From Microcystis aeruginosa NIES-843 (GTDB lineage Bacteria > Cyanobacteriota > Cyanobacteriia > Cyanobacteriales > Microcystaceae), in contig NC_010296.1 of the NCBI RefSeq assembly GCF_000010625.1, forward strand, positions 5,160,001-5,192,000: 32,000 nucleotides of DNA. The letters run 5' to 3'. Of the stretch, positions 22,527-32,000 are shown one piece after another (within the stretch, counting starts at the first letter, position 1; each line of letters opens with the position of its first letter). The notes beneath the pieces are model-generated. The model was given only the letters and a program-made list of their open reading frames with translations. It searched no databases and had not been told where the DNA came from. The translations under genes and the position numbers were made by a program.

Positions 22527-23330
22527 TTAGGCTTTATTGGTCACGCCGGTTAGTTCTAGTCGTTCAAACATGGCAAATCGTGCTTTCAGGGCCAGAGAAT
22601 CATCAAGTTTTGTTAAAAAAATCGGTTTTTGATACTTTTGTTCTAAAGCTTTTTGGATTAACCAATCGGCTAAAAAGGGATTTTTGGGTAGTAGGGGACC
22701 GTGGGCATAGGTAGCGATCGCATTGTGGTAAAATGCTCCTTCATAACCGTCCTCTCCGTTATTTCCGTAACCAGTAATCACCTTTCCCAAGGGAGAAACG
22801 GTTTGTAAATAGGTACGACCCCCGTGATTTTCAAAGCCAATTACTAGCGGTTTTTCCCCAGTCATAGCTTTAATTTCCTCCGCTAAGGGAGAGGCAGTAA
22901 TTTCAAAAACCACGTTACCGATACAGCGTTTTGCATTGGGGCCGGGATGTTTACTTACTAGGTCTAATAATCCTAATCCTTCGATTCTTTGACCGAAAGC
23001 TGGTTCGTAATAATGCCCTAATAATTGTGGGGAACCACAGGTAAAAACCCCCGGTATTCCTGCCGATAATTGTTCTTTCATCGCTGCCGCTTTTTTACCC
23101 TGTAAATCGCGCATAACGATCTCCTGTTGCCGATCCTGCGCTCCACCCCCAACAATTATATCTACTTGATAAAATGTCTCGGCTTCTGTTTGAGCATCTA
23201 GGGGAATAATTGTCACAGGAATATCACGCCATTGACATCTTCTTTGAATAGTAATAACATTACCTCGATCGCCGTAGGTACTCATTAAGGTCGGATATAA
23301 CCAGCCGATTTTTAGTTCTAGTTCTTGCAT
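22527..23330 (-). CDS. gatD: GatD-like glutamine amidotransferase (CobB/CobQ-type GATase, MurT partner)
   Basis: The 267-aa product contains LYPTLMSTYGDRGN, GGGAQDRQQ, the nucleophile context GVFTCGSPQLLGHYY and YAHGPLLPKNP. It sits downstream of murT on the same strand. Confidence 0.75.
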   Translation of the reverse strand: MQELELKIGWLYPTLMSTYGDRGNVITIQRRCQWRDIPVTIIPLDAQTEAETFYQVDIIVGGGAQDRQQEIVMRDLQGKKAAAMKEQLSAGIPGVFTCGSPQLLGHYYEPAFGQRIEGLGLLDLVSKHPGPNAKRCIGNVVFEITASPLAEEIKAMTGEKPLVIGFENHGGRTYLQTVSPLGKVITGYGNNGEDGYEGAFYHNAIATYAHGPLLPKNPFLADWLIQKALEQKYQKPIFLTKLDDSLALKARFAMFERLELTGVTNKA

Positions 23331-23340
23331 AATTTTTAAT

Positions 23341-23399
<59 letters not shown>

Positions 23400-23518
23400 A
23401 CTGCATCTCAAGTTTGTAGAAATATCAAAAATTATTACAAATATCTGAACAACTGCGTGTAAGCATCTCACAAAAAAAGCTAGTGTAAGCTTGCGCTTAT
23501 GTCCCCCTTTTCTAATTT

Positions 23519-24856
23519 CTACAAAATCTTTCGTCCCGTGAGAATCTCTCGTACTTCTAACATAGCAGAATAGGTGGGTAAAATATGTAAAGTTTCCTCA
23601 TTTTTGGTGTTATTAAGGGCAATTTGGATCGCTTTTTTTAGATCAGATTCAACAATTAAATTAACGGGATAAGCGAGACTATCCTGACTATATTGTAAGC
23701 GTAAAGCCATGTCATAAAGTCGATCGCCCGTTACTACTAAAGTTGTTCCCAAACGGGTTAATTTTTCCGTATCCACATCCCAAATCCAAGAAACATCCGT
23801 ACCGTCGGGGATGCGATCATTGAGAACTAAGAGAGTAGTAGAAGACTTTTCTTTCTGTAAAATATCAGCCACTGCGCGAATTGTTTCATTCATACCCACG
23901 GGATTTTTAGACAGTAAAATCCTAACTTTTTTACCCTCAATTTCTAATTCTTCCGCTCGACCAAAAGCCGCTTTAAAACCCTGAACTGTCTCAAAAATTT
24001 CTCGATCTTTAATCCCCAATTCCTGGGCTACTAAACCCGCTGCTAAAGTATTATATTTATTATAAACACCGATTAAAATCTGCGGCCAATCGTGACTATG
24101 AAAAGCAGGATTACTCTTTTTAAAGCCGCAACTAGGACAACTAAAATCCCCTAAATGGGAGAGATAAACCCCGCGATAATCCAAAGAAGCACCACATTTA
24201 GGACAGTAAATAGAATCCACAGCGTGGGGAATTTCTTCCAGATATAATTCCGGCTCACTTAAGCCAAAATATACAACTCTTTGGGGCAGTTGTTGACCCA
24301 AATGGGAAAGAGTCGGATCATCAGCATTGAGAATCACTAAAGTATCGGTGGGTAGGGGAGATATGGCCCCTTGCCAACGGCGACTAATCGTATCCACTTC
24401 CCCATAGCGATCGAGTTGATCGCGAAACAAATTTAGAGCTAAAATAGCGCGAGGACGACAATCTTTTAAAACCAAAGGGAGAATATTTTCATCCACTTCT
24501 AAAATGGCATAATCAGCCTTTAAAGTGCCGAATAAATTAGCATCGGCCAATAAAGCAGTGATTAAACCATTAATTAAATTTGCCCCAGTGGTATTATGGG
24601 TGACTTTTGCCCCCTGACGCTCTAGAATAGTTCTTAGGAGTAGGGAAGTGGTAGTTTTTCCATTTGTGCCAACCACCAAGATTACCCCCCGTCGGACTTG
24701 CCCACAGAGTAGGGGTAACAAACGGGGATGGAGACGACGGGCAATTTCCCCCGGCAAGACGCTGGCAGCCCCTAAACGGAGTCCTTTAACCACAGCAGTA
24801 ACGGTTTTAGCCACCGCTACGGCTATCCCTAAACGGATGCGATCAAACAATTGCAT
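23519..24856 (-). CDS. murT: MurT-like Mur-ligase family protein (lipid II isoglutaminyl synthase subunit)
   Basis: The 445-aa product has the Mur ligase P-loop VVGTNGKTTT, a Cys4 ribbon CPKCG...CPSCG, and a DUF1727-like C-terminal region (LLVLNDRIPDGTDVSWIWDVD). Confidence 0.8.
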   Translation of the reverse strand: MQLFDRIRLGIAVAVAKTVTAVVKGLRLGAASVLPGEIARRLHPRLLPLLCGQVRRGVILVVGTNGKTTTSLLLRTILERQGAKVTHNTTGANLINGLITALLADANLFGTLKADYAILEVDENILPLVLKDCRPRAILALNLFRDQLDRYGEVDTISRRWQGAISPLPTDTLVILNADDPTLSHLGQQLPQRVVYFGLSEPELYLEEIPHAVDSIYCPKCGASLDYRGVYLSHLGDFSCPSCGFKKSNPAFHSHDWPQILIGVYNKYNTLAAGLVAQELGIKDREIFETVQGFKAAFGRAEELEIEGKKVRILLSKNPVGMNETIRAVADILQKEKSSTTLLVLNDRIPDGTDVSWIWDVDTEKLTRLGTTLVVTGDRLYDMALRLQYSQDSLAYPVNLIVESDLKKAIQIALNNTKNEETLHILPTYSAMLEVREILTGRKIL

Positions 24857-25019
24857 GAACTGAGATTCTCATAGCTGTTTCGTGATTTTACCCCTAAAAG
24901 AAGACCCGTAAACGGGGTAAGTTCCCATTGATTCTTTCCTACCGACAAAAAAGACAGCCTATAATATAGGTAAGTTTGGGGCCGATTCTACCGCACACGA
25001 TATTTTAGGGCTAGAGCTT

Positions 25020-26210
25020 ATGGGTTTATTGACAAGATTGGGGATTTCACTGGGATTAATCGCCCTAGGTGGTACTGTGGGTGTGCTAGGAAATCAGTAT
25101 TTAAGCAGAAAAGCGCCCCTAGAGGTAAATAAACCGCCGGCAATCCTCCCCGCTTCCCTCTCTCTCCCTGTTATTCCCCAAAACGACGGCAATGTTAATT
25201 TTATCGCCCAGGCCGTGCAGAAAGTCGGGCCGGCGGTGGTGCGGATTGACTCGGCCCGGGAAGTGGCCGACCAAATTCCCGAAGAATTTAAACAGCCCTT
25301 TTTTCGGCGCTTTTTTGGTAATGAAGTGCCGATTCCCAGGGAGCATTTGGAACGGGGAACCGGTTCTGGGTTTATTGTTAGTACAGATGGACTACTTTTG
25401 ACTAATGCCCATGTGGTGGAAGGGACAACCCAAGTAAAAGTGACTCTGAAAAACGGTCAAACCTATCAGGGTAAAGTCCTGGGGGTTGACAATATGACCG
25501 ATGTGGCCCTGGTGAAAATCGAGGCGAAAAATTTACCGACGGTGACTTTTGGCAAGGCCGAAACTTTAACCCCCGGAGAGTGGGCGATCGCAATTGGCAA
25601 TCCCCTAGGCTTAGATAATACTGTTACGGTGGGCATTATTAGCGCCTTGGGCCGGACTAGCAGCGAAGTGGGGGTTCCCGATAAACGGGTTCGTTTTATC
25701 CAAACCGATGCCGCTATTAACCCCGGCAATTCCGGCGGCCCGTTGCTGAACGCCAAGGGGGAAGTTATCGGCATTAATACGGCAATTCGGGCCGATGCCC
25801 AGGGTTTAGGGTTTGCTATTCCCATCGAAACCGCCCAAAAAGTGGCGGGACAGCTATCTAGCAAGGGTAAAGCGGAACATCCCTACATCGGTATCCACAT
25901 GGTGACGCTAAACCCAGAATTACGGCAGCAATTGAACGAAACTAAAGAATTAAACTTTAATATTGACCAAAATGAAGGGGTAATCGTCCTGCGAGTGGTG
26001 GAAAATTCCCCCGCCCAAAAAGCCGGAATGCAAGCGGGTGATATCATCGAAACTGTGGCAGGAAACCCCGTTAAAACCGCTGCGGATGTGCAGCAAGGTG
26101 TAGAAACCAGTGCGATCGGTGGTAATCTGGAAATCGAGATTAACCGCAGGGGTAAACAACAAACTCTCACCGTACAACCGGGGGTTTTTCCCAGCAAGAC
26201 TAGCGATTAA
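25020..26210 (+). CDS. Deg/HtrA-family serine protease with PDZ domain (HhoA/HhoB-like)
   Basis: The 396-aa product has an N-terminal TM/signal sequence and trypsin-fold motifs TNAHVV, DVALVK and GNSGGPLLN. A C-terminal PDZ follows (VLRVVENSPAQKAGMQAGDII). Confidence 0.9.
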   Translation: MGLLTRLGISLGLIALGGTVGVLGNQYLSRKAPLEVNKPPAILPASLSLPVIPQNDGNVNFIAQAVQKVGPAVVRIDSAREVADQIPEEFKQPFFRRFFGNEVPIPREHLERGTGSGFIVSTDGLLLTNAHVVEGTTQVKVTLKNGQTYQGKVLGVDNMTDVALVKIEAKNLPTVTFGKAETLTPGEWAIAIGNPLGLDNTVTVGIISALGRTSSEVGVPDKRVRFIQTDAAINPGNSGGPLLNAKGEVIGINTAIRADAQGLGFAIPIETAQKVAGQLSSKGKAEHPYIGIHMVTLNPELRQQLNETKELNFNIDQNEGVIVLRVVENSPAQKAGMQAGDIIETVAGNPVKTAADVQQGVETSAIGGNLEIEINRRGKQQTLTVQPGVFPSKTSD

Positions 26211-26357
26211 AGCAAATACCAGACCATCCTGGCAACTGGGGCAAAAAGTATTAAGTGTACGGTAGAAGGTGGCTAGACTTGCGAGCAAGATGTGAGTCAG
26301 CATCGTTTCAGTATATAACCATGAGCAGGATGGAAAGGTTGACAAAGCTTTGTCCTA

Positions 26358-26552
26358 GTGAAACGTCAAGGCAAACGGGAAGGAAAGAACTTTGAGGAGA
26401 AGGCTTATTTCATCAGTAGTGAAAGATTGTCTGCGAAAGCCTTTTTGAAGCCAATTCAGGGGCATTGGAGTATTGAAAATCAGTTAAACTGGGTGAAAGA
26501 TGTCACCTTGAAGGAGGATAAACCGCCTCGGTGGGGGTCATTCTCCCGTTAA
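26358..26552 (+). pseudogene. ISAs1-family transposase C-terminal remnant
   Basis: EEKAYFISSERLSAKAFLKPIQGHWSIENQLNWVKDVTLKEDK matches the conserved ISAs1 C-terminal block (yyISS...HWgIEN.lHWvlDVtf.ED). The N-terminal 3/4 is missing. Further frameshifted residue runs to about 26650. Confidence 0.65.
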
Positions 26553-26703
26553 CTGGGCGATTTTATTTAGTTAGTTGATTTCCTTATTTCGCCGTGGAAG
26601 GTTTCGGACGGTTCCCTAAGCTCGGCGTTTATGGGCTAATCAAATTGAGACAATTTTTGCCACTTTTACCAAAGACAAAACGATTACAGGAGCAAATCAA
26701 ATC

Positions 26704-28416
26704 ATGAAAGCATCAGAAACCAGTCTTCGTAATTTACTTGAAGGTACTAAACAATTTCAAATCCCTCTATTTCAAAGACCTTATTCTTGGGACAAGTTAA
26801 AATGGGAGACTTTATGGGAAGATCTAATGAGTCTCTATGATAAGGAGCAAGAACCTCATTTTCTTGGTTCTATTGTCACCCAGTCAATTCCTGGAACAGC
26901 CGAAGGGATATCTCCGTATGTCGTAATAGATGGACAACAACGTCTTACTACTCTTGCCATCATCATAGCGGCTTTGCGAAATTATTTACAAGAGAAAAAC
27001 CATACAGAGTTGGCGGAAGAATTATATGAATACTATCTGATAAATAAGTTTAAAAAAGATGATGATTTTTATAAAATCTTGCCAACTCAAGGTGATCGTG
27101 AAGCTTACAAAAGTATCATCAAAAACCAAAATAGCAGAGAATTTGATAACAAAACAATATATAAGGCATATCAATACTTTAAGGAACGTCTTAAAAAGAA
27201 GAATTTTGCAGAGGGAGAACATAAACTCTTCAAAAATCTTCTTTTAGAGCGTTTAATTTTAGTCAATATTACTTCTGATAGCGAAGAAAATCCTTATCTT
27301 ATTTTTGAAAGTCTCAATACAAAAGGACAAGAACTTACCCAAGCAGATTTAGTCCGCAACTATGTTTTTATGAAGTTACCTAGTGAACAACGAGAAGATA
27401 TATACAAACAAAAGTGGCAACCTCTTGAAGCATCTTTTAAAAGACTAGCTATAGAGGAAAAAAAAGAGGAAAAATATGCTGAATTATTGACTGAATCTTT
27501 TTGGTTATATCTTCGCAAAGACGGTGAATCAATTAGTAAAAAAGAAGTTTATAAAGAAATTAAACAACGCCTAGACAAAAATGCTGAAAACAATAGTTTT
27601 AATATTAAATATCAACTAGATGAGTTGATTAACTTTGCTGAATATTATCAGTGTCTTGTTTTTCCCAAAGAAAGTGAAAATAAAGACGAACTAAAAGATA
27701 GATTTAGTCGATTAAATCGCCTAGATTTTACTACTTGTCGTATTTTTCTTCTCAATATCTATAGAGATTTTCAAGACAAGCATTTATCTATTCAGGATTT
27801 CCTTGAAATTGTTGATTGTTTAGAATCATACTTTGTTCGACGATCCTTTGTTAATAAATCTACAAAAACTTTAGGGAAAATTTTTGAAAATTTATATGAA
27901 GACATAAAAAAACAATCTAACTCTAATAATACACTGTTTAATCTAAAAAAAGTTCTGAGAGATTATCAAGGAGAAAAGTCATGGCCATCAGACGATGAAT
28001 TTCGTGAAGGACTAATCAAAAAAGACATCTATAGTAAAAATGCCAAAACAAATGATAGAGTTAAGCTTATTCTGGAAACCATAGAACGCCGCATGACCAA
28101 AGAGATGGTTAATACTAAGAACCTGACAATAGAGCATATAATGCCCCAGAACTTAACAGCGCACTGGCAAGATATGCTTGGTGATAATCACGAACAAATA
28201 CATAAAACTTGGCTACATACTTTAGGTAATCTGACTTTGACTGCCGACAATTCAGGCTTATCTAATAAACCATTTTCGGACAAAGTTATTTTGTTTAAAG
28301 ACAGTAATGTTTCTTTGAACAAATACTTTTCTGACAAAAATGTCTGGAATAAGGAAGAAATTGAAAAGCGAGCTAATTATCTAGCTGATCTGGCTATTGA
28401 AATTTGGTCAAGATAA
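26704..28416 (+). CDS. DUF262 + DUF1524 protein (GmrSD / type IV restriction-like nuclease)
   Basis: The 570-aa product has an N-terminal FQIPLFQRPYSW...VIDGQQRLTT (DUF262 ParB-like NTPase motif). The C-terminus has LTIEHIMPQ...HTLGNLTL...N (DUF1524 His-Me finger). The gene is markedly AT-richer than its flanks. Confidence 0.85.
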   Translation: MKASETSLRNLLEGTKQFQIPLFQRPYSWDKLKWETLWEDLMSLYDKEQEPHFLGSIVTQSIPGTAEGISPYVVIDGQQRLTTLAIIIAALRNYLQEKNHTELAEELYEYYLINKFKKDDDFYKILPTQGDREAYKSIIKNQNSREFDNKTIYKAYQYFKERLKKKNFAEGEHKLFKNLLLERLILVNITSDSEENPYLIFESLNTKGQELTQADLVRNYVFMKLPSEQREDIYKQKWQPLEASFKRLAIEEKKEEKYAELLTESFWLYLRKDGESISKKEVYKEIKQRLDKNAENNSFNIKYQLDELINFAEYYQCLVFPKESENKDELKDRFSRLNRLDFTTCRIFLLNIYRDFQDKHLSIQDFLEIVDCLESYFVRRSFVNKSTKTLGKIFENLYEDIKKQSNSNNTLFNLKKVLRDYQGEKSWPSDDEFREGLIKKDIYSKNAKTNDRVKLILETIERRMTKEMVNTKNLTIEHIMPQNLTAHWQDMLGDNHEQIHKTWLHTLGNLTLTADNSGLSNKPFSDKVILFKDSNVSLNKYFSDKNVWNKEEIEKRANYLADLAIEIWSR

Positions 28417-28647
28417 AATAACTAAAGATGTGCGAAACGTTTAGGCATCAAATAAGGAGCCAAATGCCTGAAATAATTGCCTAGTCAGGTCTTCAGTGAT
28501 CAAACGGCAGCCAATGGAAACCTAGAATCATCCGTAGTTAACTTGACCTTGAGTCAACTACAATGATATATAGACAGCCAATGAATGTCAGGCTGTATCC
28601 TTAACAAGGGAACAGTCAAACGAGGAGCCGTATGAGGTAAAACTCTC

Positions 28648-29874
28648 ATGTACGGTTCTGGATGGGAGGGGATGGAGGCGACTCTATTCTCGACCCCTAA
28701 TAAAATAGCAGCGGAGCGATCGAAATTGAGGCAGCGGTTACAATTAAAACTATCAATTGGGCGCGAGGCTGCCCTCCTAATCGGTTTGCTGGGATTAACA
28801 GCCTGTCAACCTCCCGATCCGCCGAAAATTTCGCCGACAGAATCGCCTAAAATTGAAGAAACTGGCCGCTTAATTCTCAATAATGCCACCTTAGAACAGG
28901 CTAACCCCTCGGGACAACCCCTCTGGAAAATTCAAGTCAAAAAAGCTACCTACACCCAAGACCAAAAAATTGCCCGTCTGGAAAATATCAAGGGTAATAT
29001 CTATCAAGATGGGAAAGTAGTTTTACAGGTTAGTGCTGACCGCGGTGAAGTTTACAAGGAAGGCCAGGAAATTCTCCTCAAAGATAATATTGTGGCTGTA
29101 GATCCCCGCAATAAGGCCATTATTAACGCGCCGGAATTGCGTTGGCTACCCAAGGCTGGTATTTTAATCTCCCCCAAAGGGATCAAAGGTAGTCATCTAC
29201 AACTAGAAGCTAAGGCCCGCCAAGGACGGTACGACACGCGCCAAGAAAAACTAGAATTACAAGGTCAAGTGGTGGCTACCGCCAAGGAATCTCGTGTTGT
29301 CCTGCAAACCGAGCGCCTGTACTGGGAAATTCCGCAACAGGTCATTAGTACCGATCAAAAAGTCGCTTTTGATCGCTATATTAGTAAAACTATTATCGAT
29401 CGCCTTACTGCTATCGGCGGTCGTTGGGAAAGAAAAAATAATCAGGTTATCCTGCAAGAAAACCTCGAATATCGCTCTTTAGAACCACCTTTACAGATTT
29501 CTGGTTCTCAGGCAATTTGGAACTATCAAAATCGTACCCTAACGTCTGATCGCCCCACGGAAATTTTTCAATATCAAGATCAAATCACTATTACTGGTAA
29601 TCGTGTGGTGGTGGAATTAGGCAATCGTATCGCTTATCTCAAGGATGGGGTTAAGGGAATTAATCAGAAAACTGGAGCGCAATTGTATAGTCAGATCTTA
29701 ACTTGGAAAATGTCGGAAAAAATTGTCGAGGCCGAGGGGAATATTATCTATGAACAACAGGAACCAAAATTTAATCTCACTGGCGATAAAGCGATCGGCA
29801 CTTTAGAAGATAATAACATTGTTGTTACCAGTAGCTCCCCCGATCGAGTTGTCACCGAGATTTATCCCCGTTAA
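28648..29874 (+). CDS. LptC-like periplasmic/lipoprotein (OstA-fold) protein
   Basis: The 408-aa product has a lipobox-like LLGLTAC. It also has repeated beta-jellyroll-like segments (LWKIQVKKATYTQDQKIARLENIKGNIYQDGKVVLQVSADRGEV). The exact start is uncertain (28648 or an internal Met). Confidence 0.55.
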   Translation: MYGSGWEGMEATLFSTPNKIAAERSKLRQRLQLKLSIGREAALLIGLLGLTACQPPDPPKISPTESPKIEETGRLILNNATLEQANPSGQPLWKIQVKKATYTQDQKIARLENIKGNIYQDGKVVLQVSADRGEVYKEGQEILLKDNIVAVDPRNKAIINAPELRWLPKAGILISPKGIKGSHLQLEAKARQGRYDTRQEKLELQGQVVATAKESRVVLQTERLYWEIPQQVISTDQKVAFDRYISKTIIDRLTAIGGRWERKNNQVILQENLEYRSLEPPLQISGSQAIWNYQNRTLTSDRPTEIFQYQDQITITGNRVVVELGNRIAYLKDGVKGINQKTGAQLYSQILTWKMSEKIVEAEGNIIYEQQEPKFNLTGDKAIGTLEDNNIVVTSSSPDRVVTEIYPR

Positions 29875-29890
29875 CAGGGAAAAATTAACC

Positions 29891-29921
29891 AAAAAAAACT
29901 CTCCCCAAAAAAGGGAGAGAG
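29891..29921 (-). terminator. Probable intrinsic terminator of the ndh operon (end of ndhE)
   Basis: On the minus strand it reads CTCTCCC-ttttttg-GGGAGAG followed by tttttttt. It lies between convergent genes. Confidence 0.7.
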
Positions 29922-29939
29922 GGGTAAATATTTAAAACC

Positions 29940-30251
29940 TTACCATTTGAGCAGATTAAACTGTTCCATATCGATGGTGTCGCGGTTACGATAGATAGTC
30001 AGGATAATCGCTAAACCCACGGCTGCCTCGGCTGCCGCTACGGTAATCACGAAAATAGTAAAAATTTGGCCTCGGATATTAGCGGGGTCAAGATAGTTGG
30101 AAAAACCCATTAAGTTAATGTTAACAGAATTGAGCATCAATTCGATCGACATTAAAACCCGGACAGCATTGCGACTGGTGACTAAACCGTAAATTCCGAT
30201 ACAAAATAAAGCCGCCGCTAATAACAAATAATACTCTAACTGAATCTGCAT
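29940..30251 (-). CDS. ndhE: NAD(P)H-quinone oxidoreductase subunit 4L
   Basis: The 103-aa product has three TM helices and the NuoK/NdhE signature [13 protein letters not shown]. Confidence 0.9.
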   Translation of the reverse strand: MQIQLEYYLLLAAALFCIGIYGLVTSRNAVRVLMSIELMLNSVNINLMGFSNYLDPANIRGQIFTIFVITVAAAEAAVGLAIILTIYRNRDTIDMEQFNLLKW

Positions 30252-30270
30252 GATACCTCTTTCTTTTGTC

Positions 30271-30867
30271 TTATTTAGGGGCGGTTAATTCTCTAGGTCG
30301 TTCGGGCAATGTTAAGGCTGTGGCCGTAGGTTCTTCAGCTTTTAGGGTGGGGATAAGGTCACGACGAGCTAAAATAATTGCTCCGACCATGGCCATTAAT
30401 AATAGCACGGAAGCTAATTCAAAGGGTAGCAGGAAATCACTAAAGAAATGCTTACCGATTTCTACTAAAGTATTAGTTACTACGGCGGGAGAAGTGGTAG
30501 AAATTGACCAAGGCGTGATTAAAACCATGGTCGATAACAGCACAAATAAACCCACACAAACTAAAGCTGTAGATGCCTGACGAATCCAACGTTTAGGAAT
30601 ATCAGAAAAGTCCTCTTGCTTGTTAACAAGCATAATGGCAAAGAGAATTAAAACGTTAATTGCACCCACATAAATTAGAATTTGTGCCGCCGCTACAAAA
30701 TCAGCATTTAGTAAGAGATATAAACCTGAAATGCTGATAAAAACACCGCCCAATAAAAAGGCGGAATAAACGATATTAGACAATAGCACCACGCCTAAAG
30801 CTGTCCCGATTACTAGGGCTGCTAAAATGCCAAAAGATACTATTTGAACGCCCTCGGCTAAATTCAC
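30271..30867 (-). CDS. ndhG: NAD(P)H-quinone oxidoreductase subunit 6
   Basis: This 198-aa hydrophobic protein contains [24 protein letters not shown], typical of NdhG/NuoJ. It occupies the ndhA-I-G-E order. Confidence 0.9.
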   Translation of the reverse strand: MNLAEGVQIVSFGILAALVIGTALGVVLLSNIVYSAFLLGGVFISISGLYLLLNADFVAAAQILIYVGAINVLILFAIMLVNKQEDFSDIPKRWIRQASTALVCVGLFVLLSTMVLITPWSISTTSPAVVTNTLVEIGKHFFSDFLLPFELASVLLLMAMVGAIILARRDLIPTLKAEEPTATALTLPERPRELTAPK

Positions 30868-31012
30868 AGTAGTTTCATCTCCTTTTATGCTTGAGAGTTA
30901 TTAATTATTAGTTATCAGCTTCTGAAGGCAAGAGGCAACAGGCAAGAGGCAAAAGACAGAATCTGGCAATTCTCCTACCTAAAAACCGTGACGGCTGATA
31001 GCTAACTGCTAA

Positions 31013-31585
31013 TTAATCAGTAATTTCTTCTGGACGTTTGCCGGCGCGTTGACTACCGGCGGGTAAATCGTGGGGTTCGATAACACCTTTAGGCAGATAA
31101 CCTAATTCCCTCAGAGGTGTCACCATCGGATCTTGGGTGACTTTGTAGGGTAAACGGCCTAGGGCGACGTTATCATAGTTTAATTCATGACGATCATAGG
31201 ATGCCAGTTCGTATTCTTCGGTCATCGATAGGCAATTAGTCGGACAGTATTCGACACAATTACCGCAGAAAATACAGACCCCAAAATCGATACTGTAGTG
31301 TTTGAGTTCTTTCTTTTTAATTTCCTTGTTAAAAGTCCAATCCACTACTGGTAAATTAATCGGACAAACTCGCACACAAACTTCACAGGCGATACATTTA
31401 TCGAACTCAAAGTGAATTCTACCCCGATAACGTTCCGAGGGAATTAACTTTTCGTAGGGATACTGGACGGTAATCGGACGACGACGCATATGGTCGAAGG
31501 TAACGGATAAACCTTCGCCGATGTATTTCGCCGCTTGAATGCTACCTTTGGCGTAATCGCTGACTTGTTTGAGGATGTTAAACAT
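31013..31585 (-). CDS. ndhI: NAD(P)H-quinone oxidoreductase subunit I
   Basis: The 190-aa product has two 4Fe-4S motifs, [12 protein letters not shown] and [12 protein letters not shown]. Confidence 0.95.
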   Translation of the reverse strand: MFNILKQVSDYAKGSIQAAKYIGEGLSVTFDHMRRRPITVQYPYEKLIPSERYRGRIHFEFDKCIACEVCVRVCPINLPVVDWTFNKEIKKKELKHYSIDFGVCIFCGNCVEYCPTNCLSMTEEYELASYDRHELNYDNVALGRLPYKVTQDPMVTPLRELGYLPKGVIEPHDLPAGSQRAGKRPEEITD

Positions 31586-31627
31586 GATGGTCAGAGGTAT
31601 AGTAGGTTAACAGGGCAAAAAAGGAAA

Positions 31628-32000
31628 TTAACCGCCAAAAGCAAAGGGAAAAGCTAGTTTTAGGGCGGCGGTAAGTAGTAGGTTAACTAAAGATACCGGT
31701 AAGAGGAATTTCCAGCCTAAATCGAGTAATTGGTCAATGCGAACCCGGGGTACGGTCCAACGCAAGAGAATAGCGATGAAGATGAGGAAATAGGCTTTTA
31801 ATACCGTCATCGTAATCCCGAGGGAAGCGGTGATAATTTGTAGCCAAGGATTGGTTTCACTAACTCCCAACCAGCCGGCTAAAGCATTGACGGGGATAGG
31901 AAATTCCCAACCGCCAAGATAGAGGACGGCGAAAACTAGGGCCGACAGCACGAGGTTGACGTAGGAACCCACATAAAAGAGAGCGAATTTCATCCCCGCG
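31628..32000 (-). CDS. ndhA: NAD(P)H-quinone oxidoreductase subunit 1, C-terminal part (gene continues past window end)
   Basis: The hydrophobic C-terminus contains [24 protein letters not shown], typical of NdhA/NuoH. The frame stays open to position 32000. Confidence 0.9.
   Translation of the reverse strand, partial: AGMKFALFYVGSYVNLVLSALVFAVLYLGGWEFPIPVNALAGWLGVSETNPWLQIITASLGITMTVLKAYFLIFIAILLRWTVPRVRIDQLLDLGWKFLLPVSLVNLLLTAALKLAFPFAFGG

Noticed and set aside
25119-26345. Six overlapping small ORFs (25119..25346, 25192..25401, 25402..25593, 25466..25864, 25883..26197, 25950..26345)
   Set aside because: All lie in alternative frames or antisense within the Deg/HtrA protease gene. They have Pro/Arg/Ser-rich compositions typical of off-frame GC-rich translation.
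27022-27247. Two ~65-aa ORFs inside the DUF262/DUF1524 gene, and similar ones at 29257..29482 inside the LptC-like gene
   Set aside because: These are chance open frames in AT-rich sequence, nested in longer genes with clear motifs.
30266-30580. 104-aa plus-strand ORF
   Set aside because: It is antisense to ndhG.

Overview
The window looks like a cyanobacterial chromosome segment. Evidence is the many HIP1 GCGATCGC sites, the heptamer STRR arrays, and ndhA-I-G-E, petE/petJ and xisH/xisI; the gene content and repeat style most resemble Microcystis. AT-rich accessory blocks alternate with GC-richer core blocks.

(1) 1-11400 is an AT-rich, all-minus-strand toxin-antitoxin/defence island that ends next to an initiator-type tRNA-Met (11410-11483). 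It contains intact relBE-like, phd-vapC, DUF433-DUF5615, DUF2442/DUF2283, HicB-like and xisH-xisI modules. It also holds a decaying second copy of part of that array and two small genes destroyed by in-situ heptamer expansions. Its largest gene is a 961-aa TIR / NB-ARC-type STAND NTPase / TPR protein, tightly coupled to DUF6883-like and DUF4926-like genes. This three-gene operon is my best candidate for an undescribed conflict or defence system. Copies of the 3' tail of such a TPR gene recur six times through the island.

(2) 11568-16358 is core: sdhA, divergent petE/petJ with a duplicated dyad-containing box between them, and a DUF3352-like protein.

(3) 16360-21480 is a repeat/MITE field with truncated small genes and a cupin gene split by an IS5-family element. 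That element has two MITE derivatives elsewhere in the window.

(4) 21530-26210 is core: a membrane protein, gatD, murT and a Deg/HtrA protease.

(5) 26211-28647 is an AT-rich insertion with an ISAs1 transposase remnant and a DUF262/DUF1524 (GmrSD-like) nuclease.

(6) 28648-32000 is core: an LptC-like gene plus ndhE, ndhG, ndhI and partial ndhA.

All family assignments come from reading the translations by eye. No searches were run.
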